Assembly: GCA_965197645.1 (NCBI GenBank)
Contig: OZ240219.1
Location: 384,001-448,000, forward strand
Length of the DNA: 64,000 nucleotides
Reading direction: 5' to 3'
From: Dehalococcoidia bacterium
GTDB taxonomy: Bacteria > Chloroflexota > Dehalococcoidia > Plut-88900
The notes beneath the pieces are model-generated. The model was not told the DNA's origin. It searched no databases and saw only the letters and a program-made list of their open reading frames with translations. A program made the translations under genes and the position numbers. Shown in pieces: positions 1-9,581 of the stretch. Each line of letters begins with the position of its first letter. Position 1 is the first letter of the stretch.

Positions 1-14
1 CTGTTTGAATACTC

Positions 15-962
15 CTACAACAACGGCCTCACCTGATCAGCGAACCGCTCCAGATGCTCCAGAATGTCGGCCTCGGGCTCCAGGTTGTAACCGAGCATCA
101 GACGCCGGACACCCACCTCCTCGAAGGCGTTGATATCGTCGGCTATCTGCCGGGCAGTCCCGGTGAAGGGTCGGTGTTTCCCGTTGGACAGTTGCTGAGC
201 TTGCCCCAGGCTGTATACAGGCATGACATAAGCGACATCGATCTCGGAAGGGTCCCGACCCACCTCCTCAGCGTGGTGGTGAATGCGAGAGAGGTAGTCG
301 CTGAACTGGGCCGTTGTTTCCACCATGTGTCGAGGGTTGTTGCCTATGGGGAACCATCCCTCCGCCAGCCGGCCCGTTCGGCGGAGCGCCGGTGGGCTTT
401 CGCCGCCTATCCAGATGGGTGGATGGGGCTTCTGCACCGGTTTGGGCAGGAAGGTGATGTCGGAGAAATTGGAGTACTTTCCCTGAAATGTAGGTGTATC
501 GCTGGTCCAGAGCTCTTTGAAGGCCAGGATATACTCGTCGCTGGCGGCGCCCCGCTCTTCGAAAGGCGGCGCACCGATAGCCTCGAACTCCTCTCGCATC
601 CATCCTACCCCGCACCCTACGATGAGACGCCCTTGCGACAGCACATCTATCGTTGCCAGCATCTTCGCTGTGGGGACCGGGTTCCGGTGAGGCAGCACCA
701 TCACCGAGGTCAGCAGCCATGCCTTGGAGGTGTGCGCGGCCACGAAGCCCATCATAGTCAGCATCTCCAGGCATTCCTCCCCCCAAATGTACTGACCGGC
801 CTCGCCGTAAGGGTACCGGGACCGGATGCTGTTCGGCATGACGATGTGATCGCTGACGCTGATTATCTCGAACCCCAACTCCTCGCCCTTGCGGGCCTGC
901 CTGGCTATGCCTTCGGGGTTGGCCAGCGGCCCACCGGTGCCAATATCGAATCCGAACTCCAT
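15..962 (-). CDS. LLM class (probably F420-dependent, Rv2161c-like) oxidoreductase
   Basis: SDHIVMP, GCGVGWMREEFEAIG and PKPVQKPHPPIWIGGES motifs; start moved to ATG 962, which follows a GGAGG RBS. Confidence 0.9.
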   Translation of the reverse strand: MEFGFDIGTGGPLANPEGIARQARKGEELGFEIISVSDHIVMPNSIRSRYPYGEAGQYIWGEECLEMLTMMGFVAAHTSKAWLLTSVMVLPHRNPVPTAKMLATIDVLSQGRLIVGCGVGWMREEFEAIGAPPFEERGAASDEYILAFKELWTSDTPTFQGKYSNFSDITFLPKPVQKPHPPIWIGGESPPALRRTGRLAEGWFPIGNNPRHMVETTAQFSDYLSRIHHHAEEVGRDPSEIDVAYVMPVYSLGQAQQLSNGKHRPFTGTARQIADDINAFEEVGVRRLMLGYNLEPEADILEHLERFADQVRPLL

Positions 963-1237
963 TTGCTGTCCTCCTGTTGATGATTGGAACGACAGTATGG
1001 TAACCGGATTCTCAATAAATCTCACCTTGCCCTGGGAACCCGTGAGACTTCACCCGGCCTGAGGTCATCCCCGTAGCCGGCCGATGGAACATCGAGGATA
1101 ATCAGCCCTTCTGGACGAGCGCCAGCTTCTGCTTCGATACATTCATCTGGTATTCTACGTATCCCCGGCTCGCAGTCCCTTGACGATTGCTTGTGCCGGT
1201 AGCGGGGGCCATTCATCCAGATCAAGGAGGGACGGAC

Positions 1238-1990
1238 ATGACGGAAAGTTACGACGGCAAAGTGGTTCTGGTCACAGGAGGAAGCTCGGGAATAGGGCGT
1301 GCTACCAGCGTGGTCTTCGCTCGGGAAGGAGCGAAAGTGGCCATAGCGGACGTGAACCGCCCAGGCACAGAAGAGACAGCCCGCATGATAGAGGCCGCCG
1401 GCGGAGAAGCCACCGTGTTCGAGGTGGATGTCAGCAAAGCCGACCAGGTGAGATCGTTGATAGACGATATCGTGCGGATTTACGGACAGCTGGACTGCGC
1501 CTTCAACAACGCAGGAATAGCCGGAGAGATGGGAAGCACCGTAGACTATGCCGAAGAGGACTGGGACCGGGTGATAGACGTCAACCTGAAAAGCGTATGG
1601 CTCTGCATGAAATACGAGATACCTCAGATGGAGAAGCAGGGTGGCGGGTCTATCGTGAACACCGCCTCCATTAACGGTCTCACCGGGTACCCCGAATCCA
1701 TCGCTTATGTTGCTTCCAAGCACGGAGTCGTCGGAGTCACCAAGGTCGCAGCCCTGGAGTACGCCACTGCCGGCATCCGGGTTAACGCCGTCTGCCCAGG
1801 CTACATCCAGACCCCAATGAATAAAGATGCCCCGGCCGAGTACAAGGAAAGCATGCTTTCCCTGACACCCTTTGGACGCTTCGGAGAACCGGAGGACATA
1901 GCCGAAGCGGTGGTGTGGCTGGGCTCCGATGCAGCATCCTTCGTCACAGGCCATACCATGGCCGTCGACGGCGGCTACATGGCCCAATAG
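1238..1990 (+). CDS. short-chain dehydrogenase/reductase
   Basis: TGGSSGIG, NNAG and YVASK motifs; AAGGAGG RBS before ATG 1238. Confidence 0.93.
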   Translation: MTESYDGKVVLVTGGSSGIGRATSVVFAREGAKVAIADVNRPGTEETARMIEAAGGEATVFEVDVSKADQVRSLIDDIVRIYGQLDCAFNNAGIAGEMGSTVDYAEEDWDRVIDVNLKSVWLCMKYEIPQMEKQGGGSIVNTASINGLTGYPESIAYVASKHGVVGVTKVAALEYATAGIRVNAVCPGYIQTPMNKDAPAEYKESMLSLTPFGRFGEPEDIAEAVVWLGSDAASFVTGHTMAVDGGYMAQ

Positions 1991-2189
1991 CTTGATCAAG
2001 GTCGGTTACCGTTGGCCGGTTGCCTCAAGGTAGACCTATTCGAATATCCTTGGGGTACTTTCGAGAGAAGGCAGGCGGGCTAGTATTGCCATACCGTTGG
2101 CTGAAAGATTATCATGCCATGGCCGCTGTTTAGTTGTGTGCAAAGAAGCTTGGAAGATCGTCTGAGCACTTGAAAAAGGGGGAGCAGCT

Positions 2190-3284
2190 ATGAAGACCCG
2201 AGGAGCGGTCTTATACGACTTCAACAGCCCGATGGTAGTCGAGGATCTGGAGTTGGACCCACCCGGGCCCGGCGAGGTCCTGGTCGCGATGAGCGGAAGC
2301 GGCGTTTGTCACAGCGATTACCGGGTAATAAAGGGCGAGTGGAAAGAGATGCTCGGCTCAGGCTCCTTCCCGACCGTGCTGGGCCACGAGGGAGCCGCTG
2401 TTGTGCAGGAGGTGGGAGAGGGAGTGACGTCGGTCAAGCCCGGCGATCACGCCATCCTGTCCTTCCATCCCAACTGTGGAAAGTGCTACTACTGCGTCAA
2501 GGGCTTCTCCAATCTATGCGAGGACATTCAATCCTCCGATCCGGGCCGGATGCACAAGGGTTCTGAACCGATATACACCTTTGCCGGTCTGGCCACCTTT
2601 GCAGCGCACAATGTGGTCTCCGAGGCCGCCGTCATCCCGATTCCCGATGACGTACCTCTCGATAAGGCGTGCTTGGTCGGCTGTGGCGTTACCACGGGCG
2701 TCGGAGCCGCCATCAACACCGTCCAGGTGGGAGCAGGCGATGCAGTCGTCGTTTTCGGCACCGGCGGTGTTGGCCTCAACGTGATCCAGGGCGCGGCAAT
2801 CTCAGGCGCCGATCCCCTCATTGCCGTCGACGTCCTCCAGAACAAGCTGGAGTTCGCCAAGGAGTTCGGCGCCACCCACACTATCAACGCCCGCGAGGAG
2901 GACCCGATCGAGGCCATCAAAGCCCTCACCCAGGGTAGGGGCGCCCAGTACGCCTTCGAGGCCATCGGCAACACCGAGGTAGCCGTCCAGGCCCTGGCCT
3001 CCGTCTGCAAAGGCGGTACTGCCGTCATCGTTGGTCAGGCCCCCTTCAATGACGAAATCTCCTTCCCGGCTCACATGCTTTGGGAAGAGGCCAGCATAGT
3101 GGGGTCCTACTACGGCTCCTCCAGAATGCGACTCTTCATGCCTCGCCTCATCGATATGTACATGACCGGCAAGCTCAAGCTGGACGAGCTGGTCACCAGG
3201 ACCTTTCCGCTGGACCAGATCAACGAGGCCTTCGAAGTCCTGGAGAAGGGCGAAGTGGCCCGCAGCGTCATCCGCTACGACTAG
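2190..3284 (+). CDS. Zn-dependent alcohol dehydrogenase (class III-like MDR)
   Basis: CHSD, GHE, structural-Zn CGKCYYC..C, GTGGVG. Confidence 0.93.
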   Translation: MKTRGAVLYDFNSPMVVEDLELDPPGPGEVLVAMSGSGVCHSDYRVIKGEWKEMLGSGSFPTVLGHEGAAVVQEVGEGVTSVKPGDHAILSFHPNCGKCYYCVKGFSNLCEDIQSSDPGRMHKGSEPIYTFAGLATFAAHNVVSEAAVIPIPDDVPLDKACLVGCGVTTGVGAAINTVQVGAGDAVVVFGTGGVGLNVIQGAAISGADPLIAVDVLQNKLEFAKEFGATHTINAREEDPIEAIKALTQGRGAQYAFEAIGNTEVAVQALASVCKGGTAVIVGQAPFNDEISFPAHMLWEEASIVGSYYGSSRMRLFMPRLIDMYMTGKLKLDELVTRTFPLDQINEAFEVLEKGEVARSVIRYD

Positions 3285-3354
3285 CCCTCGAACGGCTTCA
3301 TTCAGCGAGAACGCCCTTCCGGTTGGCACAAGCACGGTGCTGACAAACGCTCTC

Positions 3355-3486
3355 GCGGCCATCCCCCCGCCCCATTCCCGGCCGGGAATGGGGCCGAAAT
3401 AGAGATTGTCTCTGAGGGACACCCTCAGACTCCCGACCCCCAGCAGGCAGTCTCAGAAGAATTTGATTCGCCCCTCTGCACACGCC
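3355..3486. repeat. intergenic palindromic repeat, family A, copy 1
   Basis: catccccc..GAGGGACACCCTCAGACTCCCG..CGCCCCTCTGCACAC shared with 9328-9440 and 16851-16904. Confidence 0.75.
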
Positions 3487-3502
3487 ATTTTTCAACAGCC
3501 TG

Positions 3503-4483
3503 TTAGATGTTTGGAAACATCTCAGTGAGCCGCGCCGGGTCTCGGGTTGTGCTCAGCGCCAGCATAAGCTTTACCTGGGCCTTGGATGCCCGCAGACTCC
3601 CTCCCGGCAGCACCCCCATATCGAAGAGCTGGTCTATTCCGCCGTCCTCGCTCGCGTACGTCCCGACGCCCAGCGATCCTCCATAGGACCGGGTGACCAG
3701 GACTATCGTTACACCCTTCTCTCCGGCCCTGCCGATGGCGGGCACCATCCCCGGCGGAACGCAGCCCGGAGCGAACCCTACCAGAACGATGCCGTCGGAA
3801 AACTCCGCTGCGGCATCCAGCAGCTTCCCATCGTCACCCTCGACGGCCGGGACTATCGACACCCGGGCGTTGATTCGGTCGACGGGAATGTGCTCCTTGA
3901 CGATAGGGCGTCGAAACATGGTTGCCTGGTAGTTCCTGACGACCCCCACGGGGCCGTACTCCAACGAGCGAAAGGTCGCCAGGTCAACCGAGTTGGTCTT
4001 GACCACGTCTCGGGGGTCGTGAAGCTCGCCGTTGGCGCAGATGAGGACTCCCCAGCCTCGGGTCTGGTCGGACACCGCAGCGATGGCCGAGTCCAGTATG
4101 TTGCCCGGGCCATCGGCGCTGGGGTGTGAATGGACCCGCATCGCCCCGGTAACTACCACCGGTATCTCTTCCTTGAGAAGCAGGTGCAGCATGTAGGCGC
4201 ACTCGGGGAGGGTAGCAGTGCCCATCGTCAGGACGATCCCATCGGTCTCACCGGCGCCGGCCACTCTCTGGCACTCTTTAGCGAAGGCAAGGAAGTCCTC
4301 CGGAGACAGAGTGTTGCTGGCCACGTTGGCCAGCTGTAGCACCTCTACCCGAGCGATCTCCGCCAGCTGGGGCACGGCCTGCACCAGGTCCTCACCCGTA
4401 ACGGCAGCCACCGCTCCGCCCTGGGCTTCGTCCCACCTGTAGGCGATGGTGCCCCCGGTTGCGATGATCTTCAACCTCTTCAT
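3503..4483 (-). CDS. L-asparaginase/glutaminase family protein
   Basis: ATGGTIA, PVVVTGAMR, DGPGNI; the HGTDT motif reads MGTAT; start at ATG 4483. Confidence 0.87.
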   Translation of the reverse strand: MKRLKIIATGGTIAYRWDEAQGGAVAAVTGEDLVQAVPQLAEIARVEVLQLANVASNTLSPEDFLAFAKECQRVAGAGETDGIVLTMGTATLPECAYMLHLLLKEEIPVVVTGAMRVHSHPSADGPGNILDSAIAAVSDQTRGWGVLICANGELHDPRDVVKTNSVDLATFRSLEYGPVGVVRNYQATMFRRPIVKEHIPVDRINARVSIVPAVEGDDGKLLDAAAEFSDGIVLVGFAPGCVPPGMVPAIGRAGEKGVTIVLVTRSYGGSLGVGTYASEDGGIDQLFDMGVLPGGSLRASKAQVKLMLALSTTRDPARLTEMFPNI

Positions 4484-4597
4484 ATACCCAACTTTCCGGC
4501 TCTGGTGGAGGAGTTCACCGGGCCCATGCCATGGTACATCGGCCAAGTATTGACGTACAGGAAAGGGCTAGGGTCTGGTCACACTCCCGCCCTCCAA

Positions 4598-4776
4598 TGT
4601 CATTCCGAAACGGAGCGCAGCGTAGTGAGGAATCTATAGCCTATGTCCCCAGTCCGACGTGCCCAGGAGGGCTTATCGACTCATACATACAATCCCGCGA
4701 TTATGGGGCCAGCCGACGGAATCGGACCGCGACTCCCAACAACCCCCTTAGATTCCTCACTGCGTTCGGAATGACA
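4598..4776. repeat. inverted-repeat-bounded REP/MITE-like element, family B
   Basis: TGTCATTCCGAA..GCAG..GTGAGGAATCTA (4598-4636) is complementary to TAGATTCCTCACTGCGTTCGGAATGACA (4749-4776). Confidence 0.75.
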
Positions 4777-5019
4777 TCCAAGCTGTATAGGTTGCATGGT
4801 CTAAATGTAAACAGGCCCTAGTCACCGCTGCCGATACCACGGCAATCTGCCCCAGCCCATCCAGTGTCCTCCTCATCCGCACCACTTCTGGCCTATGAAA
4901 GGTAAGCTGCCCCAGCGTTGATAATACAATACGGGACTGGTAGATTAACCTATGTACACCCACTCTCCAGACTCGTTTAGCAGGACCACCTAGTCGGACG
5001 GACCGTAGGAGTTAGCAAC

Positions 5020-6171
5020 ATGTCCAGAAATGGATTCCATATAGTCGATAGCGACCTGCACGTAATGGAGCCCCACGACCTCTACGAGAAGTACATGGAC
5101 GCCGAGTATCGAGACCGGGCGCCGGTCTGGAAGGTTCGTCCTGAAAACGGCCAGATGGACTTCGTCGTCCAGGACGGTACCCCGCCCTCGGAGGGGTGGC
5201 GAAAGAAGGAGTGGGTATCCCGCAGAAACCTCGACGACAGCAAAGCGGACGTCTACCAGGATGAGATGGCCCATGGCTACACGCCGGAGCTGACCTTGAA
5301 GGCCATGGACCGGGAGGGAATCGACATGGCGATACTGTTTCGCACTTCGGCCCAGATGGCCATCCAGGTCGATGGTCAGGACCCCAATTTCACCTTCGCC
5401 GTGTGTCGCGCCTTCAATGACTGGCTGAAGGACTTTGCGAGTATCGACACGGAACGGCTCAGGGGATCGGCCATATTGGCGCTGAACGATGTATCGCTGG
5501 CGGCCCGGGAGGCCGTTCGCAGCGTGCAGGACCTGGGCATGACTGCGGTCACCTTGCTGCCCACCGCCGTCGATGAGAGGATGCCCCACGATACGGAATG
5601 CGATCCGCTCTGGTCCACCCTCCAGGACATGGACGTGGCTCTGACCTTCCACGATACCTCGTCCGGGTTCTCCGCCAGGAATCCCGGCAACTGGCTCAGG
5701 GAGCACCCCAACAACCTGGTCCTGGTCCATACTTTCTCCTTCCCGATGACCCTGATGCTGGCTCTCGGTTGCATGACCACCGGAGGGGTACTCCAGAGAT
5801 TTCCACGCCTGAGGGTGGCCTTCCTCGAAGGGAACTGCTCGTGGGTGCCATGGCTGCTGTACCGGCTGGACGAGCAGTGGGAGATATACGGCGAAAGCCA
5901 GGATGTCCAGCTGGACCTCCGACCCAGTGAGTACTTCAAGAGGCAGTGCTACGTTTCCACCGAGACCGATGGTGAGCTCCTGTACCAGGTGGTCGAGGAG
6001 GTGGGTGACGACAACGTGGTCCTTTCCACCGACTACCCCCACACCGATTCCAGCTATCCCCACGCCGTGGAGAGCTTCCTCAAATACGACAAGGTTTCCG
6101 ACGAATCGAAGCGCAAGATCCTGTGGGATAACTGCGCCCGTCTGTACAACCTGACGAAGGTTCCCGCTTGA
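5020..6171 (+). CDS. amidohydrolase family (Amidohydro_2) protein
   Basis: DSDLHVMEP, FPRLRVAFLEG, STDYPHTD. Confidence 0.9.
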   Translation: MSRNGFHIVDSDLHVMEPHDLYEKYMDAEYRDRAPVWKVRPENGQMDFVVQDGTPPSEGWRKKEWVSRRNLDDSKADVYQDEMAHGYTPELTLKAMDREGIDMAILFRTSAQMAIQVDGQDPNFTFAVCRAFNDWLKDFASIDTERLRGSAILALNDVSLAAREAVRSVQDLGMTAVTLLPTAVDERMPHDTECDPLWSTLQDMDVALTFHDTSSGFSARNPGNWLREHPNNLVLVHTFSFPMTLMLALGCMTTGGVLQRFPRLRVAFLEGNCSWVPWLLYRLDEQWEIYGESQDVQLDLRPSEYFKRQCYVSTETDGELLYQVVEEVGDDNVVLSTDYPHTDSSYPHAVESFLKYDKVSDESKRKILWDNCARLYNLTKVPA

Positions 6172-6229
6172 TCTCGATCTTCGTGCCTGCTATGACAACA
6201 GCAGCGAGCACGCCGGCCCGGAGGACTCC

Positions 6230-7378
6230 ATGAAGAACGGACTCAAGGTGTTCGATGCGGACATGCACGTGATGGAGGGGCTGAAGTTCGTGGAGCACAT
6301 GGACCCCGAGTACCGAGACCGGGGCCCCAAGCCGCTGGACGGCGTTTCCGATTTCGGTTGGACAGCCCTGGAAGGCAAGGAGCTTTTCGGCCCATCCCAC
6401 ATTTTCAAACCAGAGAACGCCAAAGCCAGCGTAGACCTGGCCAGCGACTCCTACGTCGAAGCCACGGGCAAGTACCGGGAGGCCCTGGCCGATAGCTTCG
6501 GGCCGGGGTCACAGATGCAGGCGTTGGAGCGGGAGGGCATAGACGTAGGGGTGATGTACCCGTCGTCCACCATCCTCGCCTTTCCCTCGCCCAGGACAAA
6601 CGGTCTCGACCCCAAGCTCTCGGCGGCCATATGCCGGGGCTACAACGACTGGCTCTCCGATTTTTGCAGCCATGACGCCGGCCGATTGAAGGCAGTAGCT
6701 GCGGTCCCTATTCACGACGTGGAGGAATCGGTAATCGAGATCCGGCGCGCCGCCAGCGAAAAGGGACATATAGCGGCCTTCGTCCGGCCCAACGTAGTCA
6801 ATGGCCGCAACCTGCACGATTCCTACTACGACCCCTTCTACAGCGAGCTGGAGGACCTGGGAATACCTCTTGCCGTTCACGAGGGGACCGCCGGCGGGCC
6901 GCCTGGGGCCGATCAGAGGTTTCACGGCAGCTGGATCATGATGCATATGGCCGCTCATCCCCTGGAGCAGATGTTGGCCTGCGAAAGCATCATCGTGGGA
7001 GGCGTACTGGAGCGGCATCCCAGGTTGCGTGTGGCGTTCCTGGAGTGCGGCTGCAGCTGGCTGGTCTACTGGCTATGGCGGCTGGACGAAGAGCTGGAAG
7101 CCTGGGGTTGGCATGAGACTCCCTGGCTGAAAGCCAAGCCCAGCGAGTACTATCTGAGACAGTGCTTTTCCTCCTTGGAGGGGGATGAGCCCGGCGCTCG
7201 CGCTTACATCGAGATGCATGGCGACGATAACCTGTTGTGGGCCTCCGACTATCCCCATCCCGACGCTTCCTACCCCGATGCTTCCTCGGGATTTCTGGCG
7301 ATAGAGTCCCTATCGACGGAGACGAAGAGGAAGGTGCTGTGGGACAACCCGATGCGGTACTACGGCCCGATGCCATAA
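6230..7378 (+). CDS. amidohydrolase family (Amidohydro_2) protein, tandem paralog
   Basis: DADMHVME, HPRLRVAFLECG, ASDYPHPD; GGAGG RBS. Confidence 0.9.
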   Translation: MKNGLKVFDADMHVMEGLKFVEHMDPEYRDRGPKPLDGVSDFGWTALEGKELFGPSHIFKPENAKASVDLASDSYVEATGKYREALADSFGPGSQMQALEREGIDVGVMYPSSTILAFPSPRTNGLDPKLSAAICRGYNDWLSDFCSHDAGRLKAVAAVPIHDVEESVIEIRRAASEKGHIAAFVRPNVVNGRNLHDSYYDPFYSELEDLGIPLAVHEGTAGGPPGADQRFHGSWIMMHMAAHPLEQMLACESIIVGGVLERHPRLRVAFLECGCSWLVYWLWRLDEELEAWGWHETPWLKAKPSEYYLRQCFSSLEGDEPGARAYIEMHGDDNLLWASDYPHPDASYPDASSGFLAIESLSTETKRKVLWDNPMRYYGPMP

Positions 7379-7554
7379 TACGGGTTACAGGGCGGTCATT
7401 TCTAAGCACAGCATCGCGCCGGGTCCCGTTCGTATTGAAGAGGCCCGGGTACGATAGGCGCCGGTTGTCAGTCCGAGAGGCGTGTGTTAACTTTTTCCTG
7501 TTGTAGGATGGGACTCAGTGCGGCATACTTCGGACGAATGGGAGGAGACGACTC

Positions 7555-9309
7555 ATGAACGGCAGCTACTCGTTGAAGTTCGAGCCCAACATCCCCGTGA
7601 CCATGAGGGACGGCACCGTTACTTACGCCGACGTATTTCGGCCCGATGCGTCAGGCAAGTTCCCGGCGATTCTTCAACGCACCCCGTATGACAAGGGCGC
7701 CGCGATGAGCATTACCAACTCGCCGGTCGATGCTATCAGGGCAGCGATGGAGGGATACGCCGTCGTCATTCAGGACGTGCGCGGCCGGTACACGTCCGAG
7801 GGCGAGTTCTACACCTTCGTCAACGAGATAGATGACGGCTATGACTCGGTTGAGTGGACGGCGAGCCAGCCGTGGTGCAGCGGCAAGGTCGCGATGAACG
7901 GGGTGTCCTACGTCGGCGCCACCCAGTGGCTGGCCGCAAAGGCCAAGCCGCCTTCGCTGGCGGCGATAGCCCCCGGTGTCACCGGTTCCAACTATCAGGA
8001 GGGGTGGGCCTGGCAGGGCGGCGCCTTCGAGCTGGGCTTCAACCTGTCATGGACCATCGGATCCCTGGTCGCGGCCAACTGGGACAATCTGTCAAAACGG
8101 CTGCCCCTGTCTCCGGAGGGACTGGATAAGGTAATGGACGCGGCGGACAATCTGACGGTGGGACTCAACCATCTCCCGCTGCGGGACCTCCCCGATTTCA
8201 AGGGTGACCTCGCCCCCTACTACTACGACTGGCTGGCACACCCGGAGTACGATAGCTACTGGCAAGACGTCAGCATCGAGGAGGCGCACCCGGAGATAAC
8301 GGTCCCCGCCTACAACTTCGGCGGTTGGTACGATATCTTCCTGGGAGGAACAATCCGAAACTTCAGCCGCATGCGGGAAATGGGTGCGACCGAGGACGCT
8401 AGGCGCGGCCAGAAGCTGGTCATAGGACCCTGGGTACACGATGGCGCTCCGGGCAACATTTCGGGAGCGTTCAACTTCGGCACAGGCGCTTCGGCCCTGA
8501 CCCTCGACCTGCAAGGGGACATACTGCGGTACTACGATTACTGGCTCAAGGGCGAGGACAACGGGGTGATGGGCGAAAAGCCGGTCCGTATCTTCGTCAT
8601 GGGCGACAACGTCTGGAGGTACGAGGATGAGTGGCCCCTCAGCCGCGCCAACGAAGTAAGGTACTATCTGCACAGCGGAGGCAAAGCCAACACCCTGAAC
8701 GGCGATGGGTCTCTCTCGCCGGAGTCTCCGGGAAGCGAATCGCCCGACGTCTACGTGTACAACCCGATAGACCCTGCGCGCACGCAAGGAGGCGGCCTCT
8801 GCTGCGATGCATGGTTCATGGCCTCGGGCGCCTTCGACCAGAGGGCCATCGAGGCTAGGCCGGATGTCCTGGTCTACTCGACGCCTCCCATGGACCAGGA
8901 CACCGAGGTGACAGGGCCGATAACGGTAACCCTGTACTCTTCGACCTCGGCCCCGGACACCGACTTCACCGCAAAGCTGGTTGACGTAGGACCGTGCGGC
9001 TTCGCCCGCAATCTGACCGATGGGATCATACGCGCCAGGTACAGGCAGCCCCGCCAGCCGGCCAGTCTGATAGAGCCGGGCCAAGTCTACGAGTACACCA
9101 TAGACCTGTGGGCCACCAGCAATGTGTTCAAGAAGGACCACCAGATACGGCTGGAGGTCTCCAGCAGCAACTTCCCCCGGTTTGATCGCAACACCAACAC
9201 GGGTGAAGAGATCGGCGCCGATAGCGGGTTCGTTTCGGCGCTTCAGACGGTGTACCACACCTCGGAGTATCCCTCTCACGTGACGCTGCCCATCGTCCCG
9301 AAGGACTGA
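7555..9309 (+). CDS. CocE/NonD family serine hydrolase
   Basis: RTPYDK, QDVRGRY, GVSYVG nucleophile elbow, GGWYD, GPWVH, SSNFPRFDRN. Confidence 0.93.
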   Translation: MNGSYSLKFEPNIPVTMRDGTVTYADVFRPDASGKFPAILQRTPYDKGAAMSITNSPVDAIRAAMEGYAVVIQDVRGRYTSEGEFYTFVNEIDDGYDSVEWTASQPWCSGKVAMNGVSYVGATQWLAAKAKPPSLAAIAPGVTGSNYQEGWAWQGGAFELGFNLSWTIGSLVAANWDNLSKRLPLSPEGLDKVMDAADNLTVGLNHLPLRDLPDFKGDLAPYYYDWLAHPEYDSYWQDVSIEEAHPEITVPAYNFGGWYDIFLGGTIRNFSRMREMGATEDARRGQKLVIGPWVHDGAPGNISGAFNFGTGASALTLDLQGDILRYYDYWLKGEDNGVMGEKPVRIFVMGDNVWRYEDEWPLSRANEVRYYLHSGGKANTLNGDGSLSPESPGSESPDVYVYNPIDPARTQGGGLCCDAWFMASGAFDQRAIEARPDVLVYSTPPMDQDTEVTGPITVTLYSSTSAPDTDFTAKLVDVGPCGFARNLTDGIIRARYRQPRQPASLIEPGQVYEYTIDLWATSNVFKKDHQIRLEVSSSNFPRFDRNTNTGEEIGADSGFVSALQTVYHTSEYPSHVTLPIVPKD

Positions 9310-9327
9310 CGGGGAACATACACTTTC

Positions 9328-9575
9328 GCGACCATCCCCCTGGCCCCCTTCCTGGCCAGGAAGGGGGGATAGATAAAGAAAGTTTCCGAGGGACACCCTC
9401 AGACTCCCGGCAAAGGGGCTTCGCCCCTCTGCACACCCCTTGTCAAATCAACGCGCATCCACAGTTTGCGGGGTGGGATGGCCGCGGCCATAATCCGGAG
9501 GAGCCGAGAGAGTTTCCCTCTGGCAGCGGGGTTAGGGGGTGCCCCCCAAATTTACCAAACGTCCCAGGGCAGGGG
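9328..9575. repeat. composite palindromic repeat, family A, copy 2
   Basis: cccccttcctggccaggaaggggg palindrome plus gagggacaccctcagactcccggcaaagggg..cgcccctctgcacacccc; the right part (9501-9575) resembles 16921-17000. Confidence 0.8.
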
Positions 9576-9581
9576 GGCCGG

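Noticed and set aside
1022-1180. Possible gene remnant (ARPEGLIILDVP) between the divergent LLM and SDR genes
   Set aside because: Too short, with no start codon or additional motif to support it
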